The notes under the pieces are model-generated. The model did not search any database, was not told the origin of the DNA, and was given only the letters and a program-made list of their open reading frames with translations. The position numbers were made by a program, and so were the translations under genes. From positions 3,712,001 to 3,776,000 of the forward strand of contig OY969763.1 of the NCBI GenBank assembly GCA_963702845.1: 64,000 nucleotides of DNA, read 5' to 3'. This document shows, one piece after another, positions 29,361 through 41,241 of this stretch. The stretch's first letter is position 1. Each line of letters starts with the position of its first letter. Source of the DNA: an uncultured Verrucomicrobiae bacterium (GTDB lineage: Bacteria; Verrucomicrobiota; Verrucomicrobiia; Limisphaerales; Palsa-1400).

Positions 29361-30383
29361 ATGAACCAACTATCTCCTGACCCGATTCTCAAAACCGCAT
29401 TCTCCTTTTGGTCCTCTAAGGTCCTGCTGACCGCCGTCGAGTTCGGCCTCTTCACCAAGCTCGCCGACCGCCGGTTCACCGGCAAAGAACTATGCGCGGA
29501 GCTGCGATTGCACCCACGAGCCAATGCCGATTTCTTCGACGCCCTCGTCGCCATGAAATCTCTCAACCGCGAAGGCGATGGATCATCCGCCAAATATTTC
29601 AACACCCCCGAAACTGCGCTCTTCCTCGACGAAAAAAGCCCGCGCTACATCGGCGGCATCCTCATCATGCTCAATGCGCGTCTCTTCAAGTTTTGGCACG
29701 ATCTCCCTGAAGCGCTCCGCACCGGCAAGCCACAGAACGAAACCAAACACGGCCAAAAAAATATCTTCGAAGAACTCTACGCCGACCCGCAGAAACTCGA
29801 ACAATTCCTCGGCGCAATGACCGGCCTTTCGCGAATCAACTTCGAAGCCTTCGCTGAAAAATTCGATTTCTCAAAATACAAAACGCTTTGCGACATCGGC
29901 GGTGCCACCGGCCTGTTGGCCATCGAAGTCGCCAAACGCCATCCGCATCTTAAGTGCATCTCGTTCGACCTCGCGCCGGTCGAACCAATCGCCAAAAAAC
30001 ACATCGCCGCCGCCGGCCTTTCTCAACGCGTGACCACCGCATCCGGAGACTTCTTCAAGGATCCATTGCCGAAAGCCGACCTCATCACCATGGGCATGAT
30101 CCTGCACGACTGGAATCTCGAGAAAAAGATGCACCTCATCAAAGCCGCTTACGACGCCCTTCCCCCTGGCGGAGCATTCATCGCCATCGAAGCCCTCATC
30201 GACGATTCCCGCCGCGAAAATCTGCAAGGCCTGTTAATGTCCCTGAACATGCTCATCGAATTCGGCGACGCCTTCGACTACACCGGCGCCGACTTCCGAG
30301 AATGGTGTACCAAAGTCGGCTTCAAACGCTTCGAAGTCATCCACCTCGCCGGCCCATCCAGCGCCGCTGTGGCGTACAAATAA
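29361..30383 (+). CDS. SAM-dependent O-methyltransferase (Methyltransf_2 with dimerisation domain)
   Basis: LCDIGGATG, SFDL, GDFFKD, MILHDW. Confidence 0.9.
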   Translation: MNQLSPDPILKTAFSFWSSKVLLTAVEFGLFTKLADRRFTGKELCAELRLHPRANADFFDALVAMKSLNREGDGSSAKYFNTPETALFLDEKSPRYIGGILIMLNARLFKFWHDLPEALRTGKPQNETKHGQKNIFEELYADPQKLEQFLGAMTGLSRINFEAFAEKFDFSKYKTLCDIGGATGLLAIEVAKRHPHLKCISFDLAPVEPIAKKHIAAAGLSQRVTTASGDFFKDPLPKADLITMGMILHDWNLEKKMHLIKAAYDALPPGGAFIAIEALIDDSRRENLQGLLMSLNMLIEFGDAFDYTGADFREWCTKVGFKRFEVIHLAGPSSAAVAYK

Positions 30384-30488
30384 CCCAAGCAACTTGGAAA
30401 ATGCCACTGCTTCATCGACCTGAACTCCGCTGCAGCTGTGTTGGTGCTGGTCTATCAGGTAGGTACCACAGGGCGCATCTTTTGTTTT

Positions 30489-30522
30489 AAACGAAAAGGC
30501 CGCTCTTGCGAGCGGCCTTTCC
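30489..30522 (-). terminator. intrinsic terminator after rpoC (possibly bidirectional)
   Basis: aaaggccgctc-ttgc-gagcggccttt stem; T-rich tail on the minus strand. Confidence 0.8.
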
Positions 30523-30544
30523 TGTTTAATTTTCTAGTTCTGAC

Positions 30545-33500
30545 TTAGCCAGCGAGGGGCTGGGGTTCGGTCAGGATGTTGGGCATTTCTTCCATCGGGA
30601 TTGGTTCGACCAACGGTTTCAGGTCCACCTTGCGGTGAGTCATGTAACCGGTGCCAGCCGGGATGATGTGGCCCATGATGACGTTTTCTTTGAATCCGCG
30701 CAGGTAATCCACCTTGCCCAAAGTCGCGGCTTCGGTGAGAACACGAGTCGTGTCCTGGAAGGACGCGGCGCTGAGGAAGCTTTCGGTTTCCAAGGATGCC
30801 TTGGTGATACCGAGCAACACAGGTTGCGCTTCGGCGGGTTTACCACCTTTTTTCTCAACGGACTGGTTCTCGTTTTCGAATTCGATCTTGTCGATCTGTT
30901 CGCCCCACAGGAACTGGGTATCACCGGGTTCGGTGATGCGGACTTTGCGCAGCATCTGGCGGACGATGATTTCGATGTGCTTGTCGTTAATGGTCACACC
31001 TTGCAACCGATAAACTTCCTGCACTTCGTTGACCAAGTGCTCCTGCAATTCCTGCGGTCCGCAAATATCGAGAATTTCGTGCGGATCAACAGGGCCTTCA
31101 GTGAGCTGCTGGCCTTTCTTGACGAAATCGCCCTTGAAGACGATGACGTGCTTGCCGATCGGAATGAGGTGTTCCTCTTCCAATTGGGTCGTCTGATCTT
31201 TAATCAGAATGGCGCGTTTACCACGGACGCTCGGGCCGAAGTCAACGATACCGTCGATCTTCGAGATTTCAGATGCATCCTTGGGACGGCGCGCTTCAAA
31301 CAATTCGGCAACACGCGGCAGACCGCCGGTGATGTCTTTGGTCTTCGAAGTTTTACGCGGCGTCTTCGCCATGAGCGTTCCGGCGACGATCTTGTCACCT
31401 TCGTTCACGACGATGTGCGCCCCCGACGGAATCGGATAGTTAGCCTGAGGCTCATTCTTATCGTTCAAGATAATGATCTGCGGATGCAAATCTTCCTTGT
31501 GTTCGATAACGACCATGGCTTCCTGGCCAGTGGTTTCGTCCACTTCCTGCTTCATGGTGACACCTTCGATGATGTCCATGAATTTAATCTTACCGGCTTT
31601 TTCCGAAAGAATCGGAACGTTGTAAGGATCCCATTGGACGAACGGCTCGCCCTTCTTCACCTTGCCGCCACTCTTCACAGAGATAACGGAGCCGATGACG
31701 AGGGTGTGTTGTTCGAGTTCGCGGCCGTCGTCGCCCATGATCGACACAGAACCGTTCTTATTGAGAACGATGTTGTTGCCGTCTTCGAGTTCGACGAGGC
31801 GCAGTTCGTTATATTGCAGGATACCGTCAAACTTGGATTTGATTTGCGGCTGTTTGAACACCTGCGACGCAGTTCCACCGATGTGGAACGTACGCATCGT
31901 GAGCTGCGTGCCGGGTTCGCCGATCGATTGAGCGGCGATAATACCGACAGCTTCACCGCGCCGGATCAATCCGCCAGTGGCGAGATTGCGTCCGTAGCAG
32001 CGAACACAAATACCGTGCTTACTTTCGCAAGTGAGCACCGAGCGAATCTTGACCTTTTCAACGCCCGCGGCTTCGACCGCCTTGGCTTTGAGTTCGTCAA
32101 TCATCTCGGTGGATTTGATGATGATCTTCTTCGTATCAGCGGGATCATGAATGTCGTCGGAAGCAAATCGGCCAACGATACGTTCGCTGAGTTTGACGAC
32201 TTCGTCTTCGCCTTCGTAGATGGACTGGACGAGAATGCCGTTGGTCGTGCCGCAGTCTTCCTGACGGATGATGACGTCTTGAGCGACGTCCACGAGTTTA
32301 CGGGTCATGTAACCCGAATCAGCAGTCTTGAGCGCCGTGTCAGCGAGACCTTTGCGCGCGCCGTGAGTCGAGATGAAGTATTCCAACACGGTCAGACCTT
32401 CGCGGAAGTTCGACAAAATCGGTTTTTCGATAATGTCGCCGGAGGGCTTGGCCATCAAACCGCGGACACCCGCGAGCTGACGGACCTGCTGGCGGTTACC
32501 ACGCGCGCCGGAGTCCACCATCAAGGAAACTGGGTTGTATTCCGTTTTGCCTTGGTTGGTTTCCAACGTGCGCAACATGACGTTCGCGATCTGGTCGGTG
32601 CAATGCGTCCAGATATCGATGACCTTGTTATAGCGTTCGCCAGGGGTGATGACACCTTTGCGATATTGTTTTTCCACTTCGCGCGATTTGTTTTTGCGCG
32701 GTGTGGATTTCCTCGTTCTTTTCCTTCGGGATGATCATGTCATCGATACCGATGGAGCAGCCGGAGTGAGTCGCTTCGCGGAAGCCGAGCTCTTTCAGAC
32801 GATCGAGCATGACAACGGTCTTTTCGTGGCCGCAGATTTTGTAGCAGTTCCAAATGAGATCGCCCAATTGGGATTTGCCGACAACCTTGTTCTGGAAGCC
32901 CATTTCTTCAGGCCAAATTTCGCTGAAGATAACGCGGCCAACAGTGGTGTCGAGGGCGACGGCATCAGGATTGCCGTAAGTCGTTTTGCGATTTCGGTCG
33001 GGGTTCGCAATTTTCACGCGTTCGTGAATGCGCAACTCACCGTCGTTGTAGGCGAAAATGACTTCGCTCTTGGAACCAAACAGCATCGGCTTGCGTGTTT
33101 CTTTGCGCGCGCGCGGTTCGGCGGTCAGATAATAACAGCCGAGCGTAATATCCTGCGTCGGCGTCATGATCGGCTTGCCGCTGGACGGGCTGAAGATGTT
33201 GTTCGGCGCGAGCATGAGCAGGCGCGCTTCCATCTGCGCTTCCACAGAGAGAGGAACGTGCACGGCCATTTGGTCGCCGTCGAAGTCCGCGTTGTAAGCG
33301 GTGCAAACCAGCGGATGAATACGGATAGCCTCACCTTCGATGAGGATCGGTTCAAACGCCTGGATGGACAAACGGTGGAGCGTCGGGGCGCGGTTGAGCA
33401 ACACTGGATGCCCGCGTGTGACTTCTTCCAGGATGTCCCAAACTTCGGGCGATTGACGCTCGATCATTTTCTTGGCGGAGCGCACGGTATGCACGTAACC

Positions 33501-34673
33501 AAGTTCTTTGAGGCGGCGGATGATGAAAGGCTCGAACAGAACGAGCGCCATCTTCTTCGGCAGACCGCATTGATTCAGTTTGAGTTCCGGACCGATGACG
33601 ATGACCGAACGGCCAGAGTAATCGACGCGTTTACCGAGCAAGTTCTGACGGAAACGGCCGCTCTTGCCCTTGAGCATGTCGCTCAAAGATTTCAGCGCGC
33701 GATTGCCGGCGCCGGTGACAGCGCGACCGTGACGACCGTTGTCGAACAAGGCGTCAACAGCTTCCTGCAACATGCGTTTTTCGTTGCGGATAATGACTTC
33801 GGGCGTCTTGAGCTGGAGCAGGTTCTTCAACCGGTTGTTACGGTTGATGACACGGCGATAAAGGTCATTCAAATCCGACGTCGCGAAACGTCCGCCTTCG
33901 AGCGGAACGAGCGGACGCAGGTCAGGAGGAATGACTGGGAGCACCGTGAGAATCATCCATTCCGGACGAGTCTTTGATGAGAGAAACGCGCTGAGCAACT
34001 TGATACGCTTTGCGATCTTTTTGCGGATCTGCTTGCTCTTGGTTTCGGTCATCGCGGTGTTCAGATTATCAATGCCCTTTTGCAGATCGACATTGGCCAA
34101 ACCTTCACGAACAGCTTCAGCACCCATCTTGGCGATGAACGCTTCGGCTCCGTAGGTTTCGCGGGCTTCGCGATATTCGTGCTCGCTCAAAAGCTGATGC
34201 AGCTTGAGCGGAGTCGAACCGGGATCAATCACCATGTAATCCTCGTAATAGATGACGCGCTCGAGATTACGAGCGGTCATGTCAAGAACGAGGCCCAAGC
34301 GTGAAGGCATGCATTTGAAGAACCAGATGTGCGAGGTCGGCACGGCCAATTCGATATGGCCCATGCGTTCGCGACGCACGCGCGCGAGCGTCACTTCAAC
34401 GCCGCAACGATCGCAGACTACGCCGCGATGTTTAATGCGTTTATACTTTCCGCAGGAACATTCCCAGTCCTTCACAGGGCCGAAAATGCGCTCGCAGAAC
34501 AAGCCACCTTTTTCGGGCTTGAACGTGCGGTAGTTGATGGTCTCCGGATTCTTGACTTCGCCTTTGGACCACGCGCGGATCGACTCCGGTGAGGCCACTG
34601 AAATTGCGACGTATTCAACCTGGTTAACTTTATCCAGGCCGAGCAACTCGCGGGCTGTCTCTTTAGTGTTCAT
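30545..34673 (-). CDS. rpoC: RNA polymerase beta' subunit (1-nt frameshift near 32683)
   Basis: [62 protein letters not shown]; the two ORFs join as QKQIAEVEKQY if one base of GCGCG is removed. Confidence 0.97.
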
Positions 34674-34691
34674 ATTTTCGCTAAGCAAATG

Positions 34692-37600
34692 TTATTGGCG
34701 CAATGCCGTTAGTTGGGATTGCTGGTTGGCAGCGGCATCTTCGACGGGGTTGGAGTATCCAACCTTAACGTCCATGCCCAGTGACTGCATTTCTTTGACC
34801 AGCACGTTGAACGATTCAGGCACACCGGCTTCGAGACAGTTGTCACCTTTGACAATGCTCTCGTAGATGCGCGTGCGACCTTGCACGTCGTCCGATTTCA
34901 CAGTGAGCAATTCCTGCAAACTGTAAGCGGCGCCGTAAGCTTCCATCGCCCACACTTCCATTTCGCCGAAGCGCTGACCGCCGTATTGAGCTTTGCCGCC
35001 CAGCGGTTGCTGAGTGACGAGCGAATACGGTCCAACCGCGCGCGCGTGAATCTTGTCAGCCACCAAGTGACCGAGCTTCATCATGTAGATGTAACCAACG
35101 ACGATTTCCTGGTCGAACATTTCGCCGGTACGACCGTCGTAAAGGTGCGTCTTGGCGTGCTCAGGCAAGCCAGCTTGCTTGAGATAACCGCGAATTTCTT
35201 TTTCTTTGATACCGTCGAAGACCGGCGTCGCGAACTTCAAACCGAGCAGCTTGGCCGCCCAGCCGAAGTGCGTTTCCAACACCTGACCGACGTTCATACG
35301 CGAGGGCACGCCCAGCGGATTCAAAACGATGTCCACCGGATTACCATTGGCGAGGAACGGCATGTCTTCTTCAGGAACGATTTTCGCGACAACACCTTTG
35401 TTACCGTGACGTCCGGCCATCTTGTCACCGACTGAGAGCTTACGCTTCGAGGCGACGTAGACTTTGACGGACTTGATCACGCCAGAATCAACTTCTTCGC
35501 CCGCTTCAGCGCGTTCGAGTTCTTCGTCGTGCTGCATCTGCAGGTCGTCGAATTTCTTCTTAAACGTGCCGATGATTTCGTTGATCTTGTTACGGATCGG
35601 CGAAGGATCGATTTCGATGCGGTCGTAAACGTTCGCCAGCTTGCGCAGGAGCGTTTTGGTGATCTTGCGATTTGCCGGGATGATGATTTCGCCGGTTTCA
35701 GAATTAACGACGTCGAGAGGAATCTTTTCGCCGAGGAGGATGTTACTGAGCGCTTCAGTCAACTGCTCTTTCAGTTCTTCGCTCTTGTTCTTGTAATCAT
35801 CGGCGACAGCCTTCGAACCCTTCTTTGCTTCGGGCTCGCGAATTTCGATTTCGCGTTCTTTCTTCGACGAAACTTTGACGTCCATGACGATGCCATAAGT
35901 GCCGGAGGGCACCTTCAGCGAAGTATCTTTAACATCGGCGGCTTTTTCACCGAAGATGGCGCGGAGCAAACGTTCTTCCGGCGCGAGTTCAGTTTCGCTC
36001 TTCGGCGTGATTTTACCGACGAGAATGTCGCCAGGCTTCACTTCAGCGCCGATGCGGATAACACCGTCGGGTCCGAGGTTCTTCAACGCTTCATCACCGA
36101 GGTTCGGGATGTCGCGCGTAATTTCTTCAGGCCCCAGCTTGGTGTCGCGGGCACCGACTTCGAATTCATCGATGTGAATCGAGGTGAACACGTCGTCTTT
36201 AACTATGCGTTCGCTGATGAGAATAGCGTCTTCGAAGTTGTAACCGTTCCACGGCATGAACGCGCAGAGCACGTTGCGTCCGAGAGCAAGTTCTCCGCCC
36301 TGAGTGCAAGGACCGTCAGCAATAGCCTGGCCCTTCTTCACCGTTTCACCCTTTTCAACCAAGATTTTCTGGTTGATGCAAGTGGCGGCGTTCGAACGCA
36401 TGAATTTGCGGATCGGATAAACCCAAACACCGTTACCTGGATCGGTCTTCAGCTTCTTCTTCGTTTCCGGAACCTTGCCGTCTCGAGTGATGATTACCTG
36501 ATTGCCAGTCACAGAAGCAACTTTGCCGGCTTCTTCAGCCACCAGCACCGCACGTGAGTCGCGCGCGACGCGTTCTTCCAAACCAGTCGCGACCAGAGGC
36601 GCTTCGGTGATCAAAAGAGGCACAGCTTGACGTTGCATGTTCGAACCCATCAACGCGCGGTTCGCGTCGTCGTGTTCGAGGAACGGAATCAAACTGGCCG
36701 CGACGGACACCAATTGTTTCGGTGACACGTCCATGAAATCCACGCGCGTCGGCTCGACGTCAATGAAGTCGCCTTTGCAACGGCACGGCACCTTTTCAAC
36801 CAGGAAGTTGCCTTTGTCGTCGATAGGCGCATTCGCTTGCGCGACGATGTACTGCTCTTCGCGATCGGCGGTCAAATATTCGATATGGGTCGTGACACGG
36901 CCCTTCTCGACGCGACGATACGGCGTTTCGAGGAAGCCGAAGTCGTTGACTTGCGCGAACGTCGCGAGGGACGCGATCAAACCGATGTTTGGACCTTCAG
37001 GCGTTTCCACCGGGCAAATACGGCCGTAGTGGGACGGATGAACATCGCGGACTTCGAATCCCGCGCGGTCACGAGACAAACCGCCTGGCCCGAGAGCCGA
37101 CAAGCGGCGCTTATGGGTCAACTCGGCGAGCGGGTTAATCTGATCCATGAACTGCGAAAGCTGGCTGCGGCCAAAGAAATCGCGGATGACGGCTGACAAC
37201 GCTTTCGGGTTGATCAGCTTTTGCGGCGACATGCTTTCCAAGCTTTGATCGAACAGCGTCATACGCTCTTTGACCAAACGCTCAGTGCGGGCCAGACCCA
37301 CGCGGCATTGGTTGGCGAGCAATTCGCCAACGGTACGGATACGGCGTGAACCCAGATGATCGATATCGTCCAGGCTGCCTTCGCCTTTTTTGAGGCGGAG
37401 CAAATATTTCGTTGCGGCAACGAGGTCTTCCTTCGTCAGGATGCGGCTGTCGCCACCTTTGATGCCGAGTTTTTGGTTGATCTTATAACGACCGACACGA
37501 CCGAGGTCATAACGCTTGGCGTCAAAGAACAAACGTTTGATCAACGCGCGAGCATTAGCTGCAGTGGGCGGATCTCCAGGGCGCAAACGACGATAGATGT

Positions 37601-38507
37601 CTTTGAGCGCTTCTTCTTCGTTCTTCGTCGGATCCTTCTTCATGCACTTGATGACGATTCCATCATCAACTGTCGTATCAACAACCTTGATTTTGTTGAC
37701 GCCGAGTTCTGCAATCTGCTTCACGACCGCTTTGGAAAGCGGTTCGAATGCGCGGGCAACGACGATGCCTTTCTCAGCATCAACGGCGTCTTCAATCAAA
37801 ACTTTATTTTGGATGTCTTCGAGCTTCTCGGCTTCTTTGACCGTCAGGTCTTCGATGTCGTAGAACAGCTTGAGGATGTCCGCGTCGGTGCCATAACCGA
37901 GGGCGCGGAAGAACGTCGTCGTCAAAAACTTGCGGCGGCGTTTTTTACGGTCGAGATAAACGTAGAGCAGATCGCTGGTATCAAACTGCGCTTCATACCA
38001 CGAGCCACGATCAGGGATGATGCGGAACGAATGCAGGGTCTTGCCATTCGGATGCTGGGTCGCTTCAAAAGCCAGACCAGGCGAACGATGCAACTGGCTG
38101 ACGATCACGCGCTCGGCGCCGTTGATGACAAACGTGCCTTGCGGCGTCATCAGGGGCAGTTCGCCCATGAACACCTTTTCTTCCTTCGTGCTCTTCTCTT
38201 CCTTGAGCAGGAACGTCACGTGCAGCGGGGCGCCGTAAGTGATGCCTTCCCGCAAGCATTCGAGCCAGTCGTGCTTAGGCTCGCCGATATCGTAGCTGTG
38301 GAAGTCGAGCTTGCACTTGTTGTCATAGCTCTCAATAGGAAACACTTCGGTGAACACCGCCTGAAGCCCCATGTTTTTTCGGGAGCGTGGCGCTATATCT
38401 GTTTGCAGGAATTCCTTATAGGAATTGGTCTGCAGCTCGATTAGGTTCGGTGGAGCGATGACCTCTTTAATTTTTCCAAAGTGAACTCGTTCGTTTGTTC
38501 GTGGCAT
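34692..38507 (-). CDS. rpoB: RNA polymerase beta subunit
   Basis: [50 protein letters not shown]. Confidence 0.99.
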   Translation of the reverse strand: MPRTNERVHFGKIKEVIAPPNLIELQTNSYKEFLQTDIAPRSRKNMGLQAVFTEVFPIESYDNKCKLDFHSYDIGEPKHDWLECLREGITYGAPLHVTFLLKEEKSTKEEKVFMGELPLMTPQGTFVINGAERVIVSQLHRSPGLAFEATQHPNGKTLHSFRIIPDRGSWYEAQFDTSDLLYVYLDRKKRRRKFLTTTFFRALGYGTDADILKLFYDIEDLTVKEAEKLEDIQNKVLIEDAVDAEKGIVVARAFEPLSKAVVKQIAELGVNKIKVVDTTVDDGIVIKCMKKDPTKNEEEALKDIYRRLRPGDPPTAANARALIKRLFFDAKRYDLGRVGRYKINQKLGIKGGDSRILTKEDLVAATKYLLRLKKGEGSLDDIDHLGSRRIRTVGELLANQCRVGLARTERLVKERMTLFDQSLESMSPQKLINPKALSAVIRDFFGRSQLSQFMDQINPLAELTHKRRLSALGPGGLSRDRAGFEVRDVHPSHYGRICPVETPEGPNIGLIASLATFAQVNDFGFLETPYRRVEKGRVTTHIEYLTADREEQYIVAQANAPIDDKGNFLVEKVPCRCKGDFIDVEPTRVDFMDVSPKQLVSVAASLIPFLEHDDANRALMGSNMQRQAVPLLITEAPLVATGLEERVARDSRAVLVAEEAGKVASVTGNQVIITRDGKVPETKKKLKTDPGNGVWVYPIRKFMRSNAATCINQKILVEKGETVKKGQAIADGPCTQGGELALGRNVLCAFMPWNGYNFEDAILISERIVKDDVFTSIHIDEFEVGARDTKLGPEEITRDIPNLGDEALKNLGPDGVIRIGAEVKPGDILVGKITPKSETELAPEERLLRAIFGEKAADVKDTSLKVPSGTYGIVMDVKVSSKKEREIEIREPEAKKGSKAVADDYKNKSEELKEQLTEALSNILLGEKIPLDVVNSETGEIIIPANRKITKTLLRKLANVYDRIEIDPSPIRNKINEIIGTFKKKFDDLQMQHDEELERAEAGEEVDSGVIKSVKVYVASKRKLSVGDKMAGRHGNKGVVAKIVPEEDMPFLANGNPVDIVLNPLGVPSRMNVGQVLETHFGWAAKLLGLKFATPVFDGIKEKEIRGYLKQAGLPEHAKTHLYDGRTGEMFDQEIVVGYIYMMKLGHLVADKIHARAVGPYSLVTQQPLGGKAQYGGQRFGEMEVWAMEAYGAAYSLQELLTVKSDDVQGRTRIYESIVKGDNCLEAGVPESFNVLVKEMQSLGMDVKVGYSNPVEDAAANQQSQLTALRQ

Positions 38508-38529
38508 GTGGCGACCTTCTCTTAATGTT

Positions 38530-38600
38530 GTCAGTTCTCAGCAGTCAGTGGTCAGTGGTCAGTAGCAAAAACAACTGACAGCTAACGACAGACAACCGAC
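38530..38600. repeat. inverted pair of GTCAGTG-type heptamer arrays
   Basis: gtcagtt ctcagca gtcagtg gtcagtg gtcagta ... caactga cagctaa cgacaga caaccga. Confidence 0.75.
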
Positions 38601-38746
38601 ATCTTCTTATTTTCTGTACAAAGCAAAATGCTGCGGCGCGACCCATTCTTTCCAATGAGCCGAGCCGGGCTAAAACACTACGCCTTAAGGCGTAACAATA
38701 TTTCTTTTCGAAATCGTGATGGCTGCTTCTCTTTCGGAGCCTATAG

Positions 38747-38774
38747 GGCGCGCCCTTATCGGGCGCGCCACTAC
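38747..38774 (-). repeat. REP-like element (GTAG + GC hairpin)
   Basis: Minus strand GTAG-T-GGCGCGCCC-GATAA-GGGCGCGCC; could also act as an rplL attenuator. Confidence 0.5.
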
Positions 38775-38798
38775 AAAGCTTCGCAATATATAGCCAAT

Positions 38799-39185
38799 TT
38801 ACTTAACTTCAACTTTGGCGCCGGCTTCTTCCAGCTTCTTCTTGGCGGCGTCGGCATCAGCCTTATTCGCACCTTCAAGAACGGGCTTAGGAGCACCTTC
38901 AACCAGAGCTTTCGCATCAGCCAGGCCCAAACCGGCCTTAACTTCGCGGACAACCTTAATGGCGGCGATCTTCTTGTCGGCCGGCACTGACACCAAAATG
39001 ACGTCAAATGCGGTCTTCGCTTCAGCAGCGGGAGCAGCGCCAGCGGCGGGTGCACCAGCGGCGGCGGCGGCGACAGGCGCGGCGGCAGTAACGCCCCACG
39101 CGGTTTCAAGCTGTTTAACCAAATCAGCGGCTTCAATAACCGTCAATTTGCCCAATTGATCTACTAAACCTGCGATATCTGCCAT
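38799..39185 (-). CDS. rplL: 50S ribosomal protein L7/L12
   Basis: [14 protein letters not shown], Ala hinge, [10 protein letters not shown]...[20 protein letters not shown] before ATG 39185. Confidence 0.98.
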   Translation of the reverse strand: MADIAGLVDQLGKLTVIEAADLVKQLETAWGVTAAAPVAAAAAGAPAAGAAPAAEAKTAFDVILVSVPADKKIAAIKVVREVKAGLGLADAKALVEGAPKPVLEGANKADADAAKKKLEEAGAKVEVK

Positions 39186-39199
39186 AATTACCTTTCGTC

Positions 39200-39253
39200 T
39201 CGTCGCCATCCGCAGCCGCGGATAATTTGAGCAGCAAGCCTGCTGACCGACGA
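39200..39253 (-). promoter_or_regulatory. putative structured rplL leader (three-way junction)
   Basis: TCGTCG/CGACGA closing stem encloses CAGCA-GGCT-TGCTG and ATCCGC-GGCT-GCGGAT. Confidence 0.45.
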
Positions 39254-39319
39254 TTTACTTTATTCTAGTTTGTTTTTATTTGCCCCCCGCACATCGCGGC
39301 CCAAATTGTTTTCGTGTGC

Positions 39320-39343
39320 CGCCGGCTTAGAAACCGGCGATAC
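39320..39343 (-). repeat. REP-like element (GTAT + hairpin)
   Basis: GTAT-CGCCGG-TTTCTAAG-CCGGCG; same GTATCGC head as 42321. Confidence 0.5.
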
Positions 39344-39352
39344 GAACAAGCC

Positions 39353-39877
39353 TTAAGCTGCCGGAGCCGCTTCGCCCTTTTCAGCCTTGGCTCTGATCAC
39401 CTGCGCCAACTGGGTCGCAGGCGTGTTGATAATCGTCGCGAGCTTCGTCGCCGGGGCCAGGAGCACACCGAGCAACTTCGAACGCAGAACTTCCAACGAA
39501 GGCAAGTCGGCGAGTTCCAAAATGGAAGCGCCTTCGAGCCGTTGATTGTTCAAAAATCCAAATTGGATTTTCGGACGATCGAATTCCTTGCTGAAAGTCT
39601 TAACGACTTTCGCTGCCGACGAAACGTCACGGGAACCGGTCACCACAGCCAATTGGCCGCTGAGCGCACCGATATCGCCCGCGCCGGCTTCTTTGACGGC
39701 GATCTTGAAGATCGAGTTCTTCACCACGTGCATTTCCGCACCCGCCTTGTTCAGGCGCTTGCGCAATTCAGTGATGGGTCCAACCTTCAGGCCTTTGTAA
39801 TCTACGACAATGAAGAACGGGGAACCGTTCAGTCGTTTCAAATATTCTTCGCTAATCGCTTGTTTTTCCGCGCGCAT
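39353..39877 (-). CDS. rplJ: 50S ribosomal protein L10
   Basis: DYKGLKV...LRKRL, VVKNSIF, LADLPSLEVLRSKLLG. Confidence 0.97.
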   Translation of the reverse strand: MRAEKQAISEEYLKRLNGSPFFIVVDYKGLKVGPITELRKRLNKAGAEMHVVKNSIFKIAVKEAGAGDIGALSGQLAVVTGSRDVSSAAKVVKTFSKEFDRPKIQFGFLNNQRLEGASILELADLPSLEVLRSKLLGVLLAPATKLATIINTPATQLAQVIRAKAEKGEAAPAA

Positions 39878-39884
39878 AAAAAAT

Positions 39885-39905
39885 TTGTAAGTTGTAAGTT
39901 GTAAT
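39885..39905. repeat. heptamer tandem repeat (TTGTAAG x3)
   Basis: ttgtaag ttgtaag ttgtaat fills most of the 35-bp rplA-rplJ spacer. Confidence 0.65.
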
Positions 39906-39912
39906 TCCCTCG

Positions 39913-40626
39913 TTATGCCGCCGCGAGAAACTCGCGCACATCCACACGCACGCCGGGACTCATCGTCGCCGAAATGGTGCAGCTTTCAATGAATTGGCCC
40001 TTGGCGCTCGATGGCTTCGACTTGGCCACCGCGTCGATGACGGCGCGCGCGTTTTCTTCAATTTGGCTGGGGCCAAACGATGCTTTGCCCACTGGCACAT
40101 GCACGTTGCCGCCCTTGTCCACCTTGAATTCGACACGGCCTGCTTTGACTTCCTTCACTGCGCGAGCAGTGTCTTCGGTCACGGTGCCGGTCTTCGGATT
40201 CGGCATCAAGCCGCGCGGTCCGAGAACCTTACCGAGTTTACGCACTTCGATCATCGCGTCAGGCGTTGCGATTGCGACGTCAAAATCAGTCCAACCTTCG
40301 ACGCACTTCTTAATCATGTCGTCGAATCCGACGTATTCAGCGCCGGCGCCGCGAGCAGCATCAGCCGAAGCGCCTGGACGTGCGAACACGAGCACTTTGA
40401 CCGTCTTACCGGAGCCGTGAGGCAGCGGGACAGTGCCGCGCACCATTTGGTCGGATTGCTTGGGATCAACTCCCAGCTTGAATGCCAAATCAATGGATTC
40501 ATTGAATTTGGCCTTCGGAAATTTGGTGAGAACGTCAACGGCTGACTTCAAGGGATAAGATTTCTTCTTATCTACCAGTTCCAGCCCCTTGCGGTATCTT
40601 TTGCTTGGCAATTTTTTATTCGACAT
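39913..40626 (-). CDS. rplA: 50S ribosomal protein L1
   Basis: LGVDPKQSDQMVRG...LPHG, LGPRGLMPNPKTGTVT. Confidence 0.98.
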   Translation of the reverse strand: MSNKKLPSKRYRKGLELVDKKKSYPLKSAVDVLTKFPKAKFNESIDLAFKLGVDPKQSDQMVRGTVPLPHGSGKTVKVLVFARPGASADAARGAGAEYVGFDDMIKKCVEGWTDFDVAIATPDAMIEVRKLGKVLGPRGLMPNPKTGTVTEDTARAVKEVKAGRVEFKVDKGGNVHVPVGKASFGPSQIEENARAVIDAVAKSKPSSAKGQFIESCTISATMSPGVRVDVREFLAAA

Positions 40627-40634
40627 ATGTCTTA

Positions 40635-40664
40635 GCGGTTCAAACGAGTTTTTAGCTCTCCCGC
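40635..40664 (-). promoter_or_regulatory. L1-binding autoregulatory leader
   Basis: GCGG-GAG-AGCTAAAAACTC-GTTTGAA-CCGC resembles the L1 leader pattern (GGGAG...AACC) and sits directly before rplA. Confidence 0.6.
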
Positions 40665-40734
40665 GCGTTTTGTCTGCCAGCTCTCATATTTCAGTGCTGC
40701 ACACTGAAACCTGAACACCAGCAAACGTTATTAT

Positions 40735-41160
40735 TTATTCCTGAACCTCAATGCCCATGCTGCGGGCCGTCCCCGCAACAATCCGGAACCCCGCCTCTTC
40801 AGAGGTGGCGTTCAAATCTTTCATCTTCAGCTTCACGATATCGAGCACCTGCTTGCGCGTGACCTTGCCGACTTTTTCTTTGTTCGGCACTTTGGATCCG
40901 CTGGCGATACCGGCTGCTTTCTTGAGCAAAATCGAAGCCGGTGGCGACTTGGTGATGAACGTAAAAGACTTATCCTGGTAAACAGTGATAACAACGGGAA
41001 TCACCATTCCAGCCTGGTCTTTGGTCGCTGCGTTAAATTCTTTGCAGAACGCCATGATGTTCACGCCCTGCTGACCGAGCGCGGGGCCGACCGGCGGTGC
41101 CGGGTTGGCCTGTCCGGCCGGAATCTGCAACTTAATCTGTCCTGTAATCTTCTTTGCCAT
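40735..41160 (-). CDS. rplK: 50S ribosomal protein L11
   Basis: [16 protein letters not shown]...[19 protein letters not shown]. Confidence 0.98.
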   Translation of the reverse strand: MAKKITGQIKLQIPAGQANPAPPVGPALGQQGVNIMAFCKEFNAATKDQAGMVIPVVITVYQDKSFTFITKSPPASILLKKAAGIASGSKVPNKEKVGKVTRKQVLDIVKLKMKDLNATSEEAGFRIVAGTARSMGIEVQE

Positions 41161-41169
41161 ACAAAATTT

Positions 41170-41238
41170 GTCAGTGGTTCGTTGTCTATCGTCCGTGGTC
41201 AGCAAGAGGCATCTGACAACCGACTATGACAACTGACC
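41170..41238. repeat. inverted pair of degenerate GTCAGTG-type heptamer arrays
   Basis: gtcagtg gttcgtt gtctatc gtccgtg gtcagca ... ctgacaa ccgacta tgacaa ctgacc; same family as 38530. Confidence 0.65.
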
Positions 41239-41241
41239 TGT

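Noticed and set aside
30635..32734. 699-aa plus-strand ORF, and similar ORFs at 32646, 35529 and 37356
   Set aside because: Antisense shadows of rpoC/rpoB produced by codon bias; no protein motifs
30545..34688. Cyanobacteria-style rpoC1/rpoC2 split
   Set aside because: The break point differs, the ORFs overlap with a nonsense tail, and one base restores the frame
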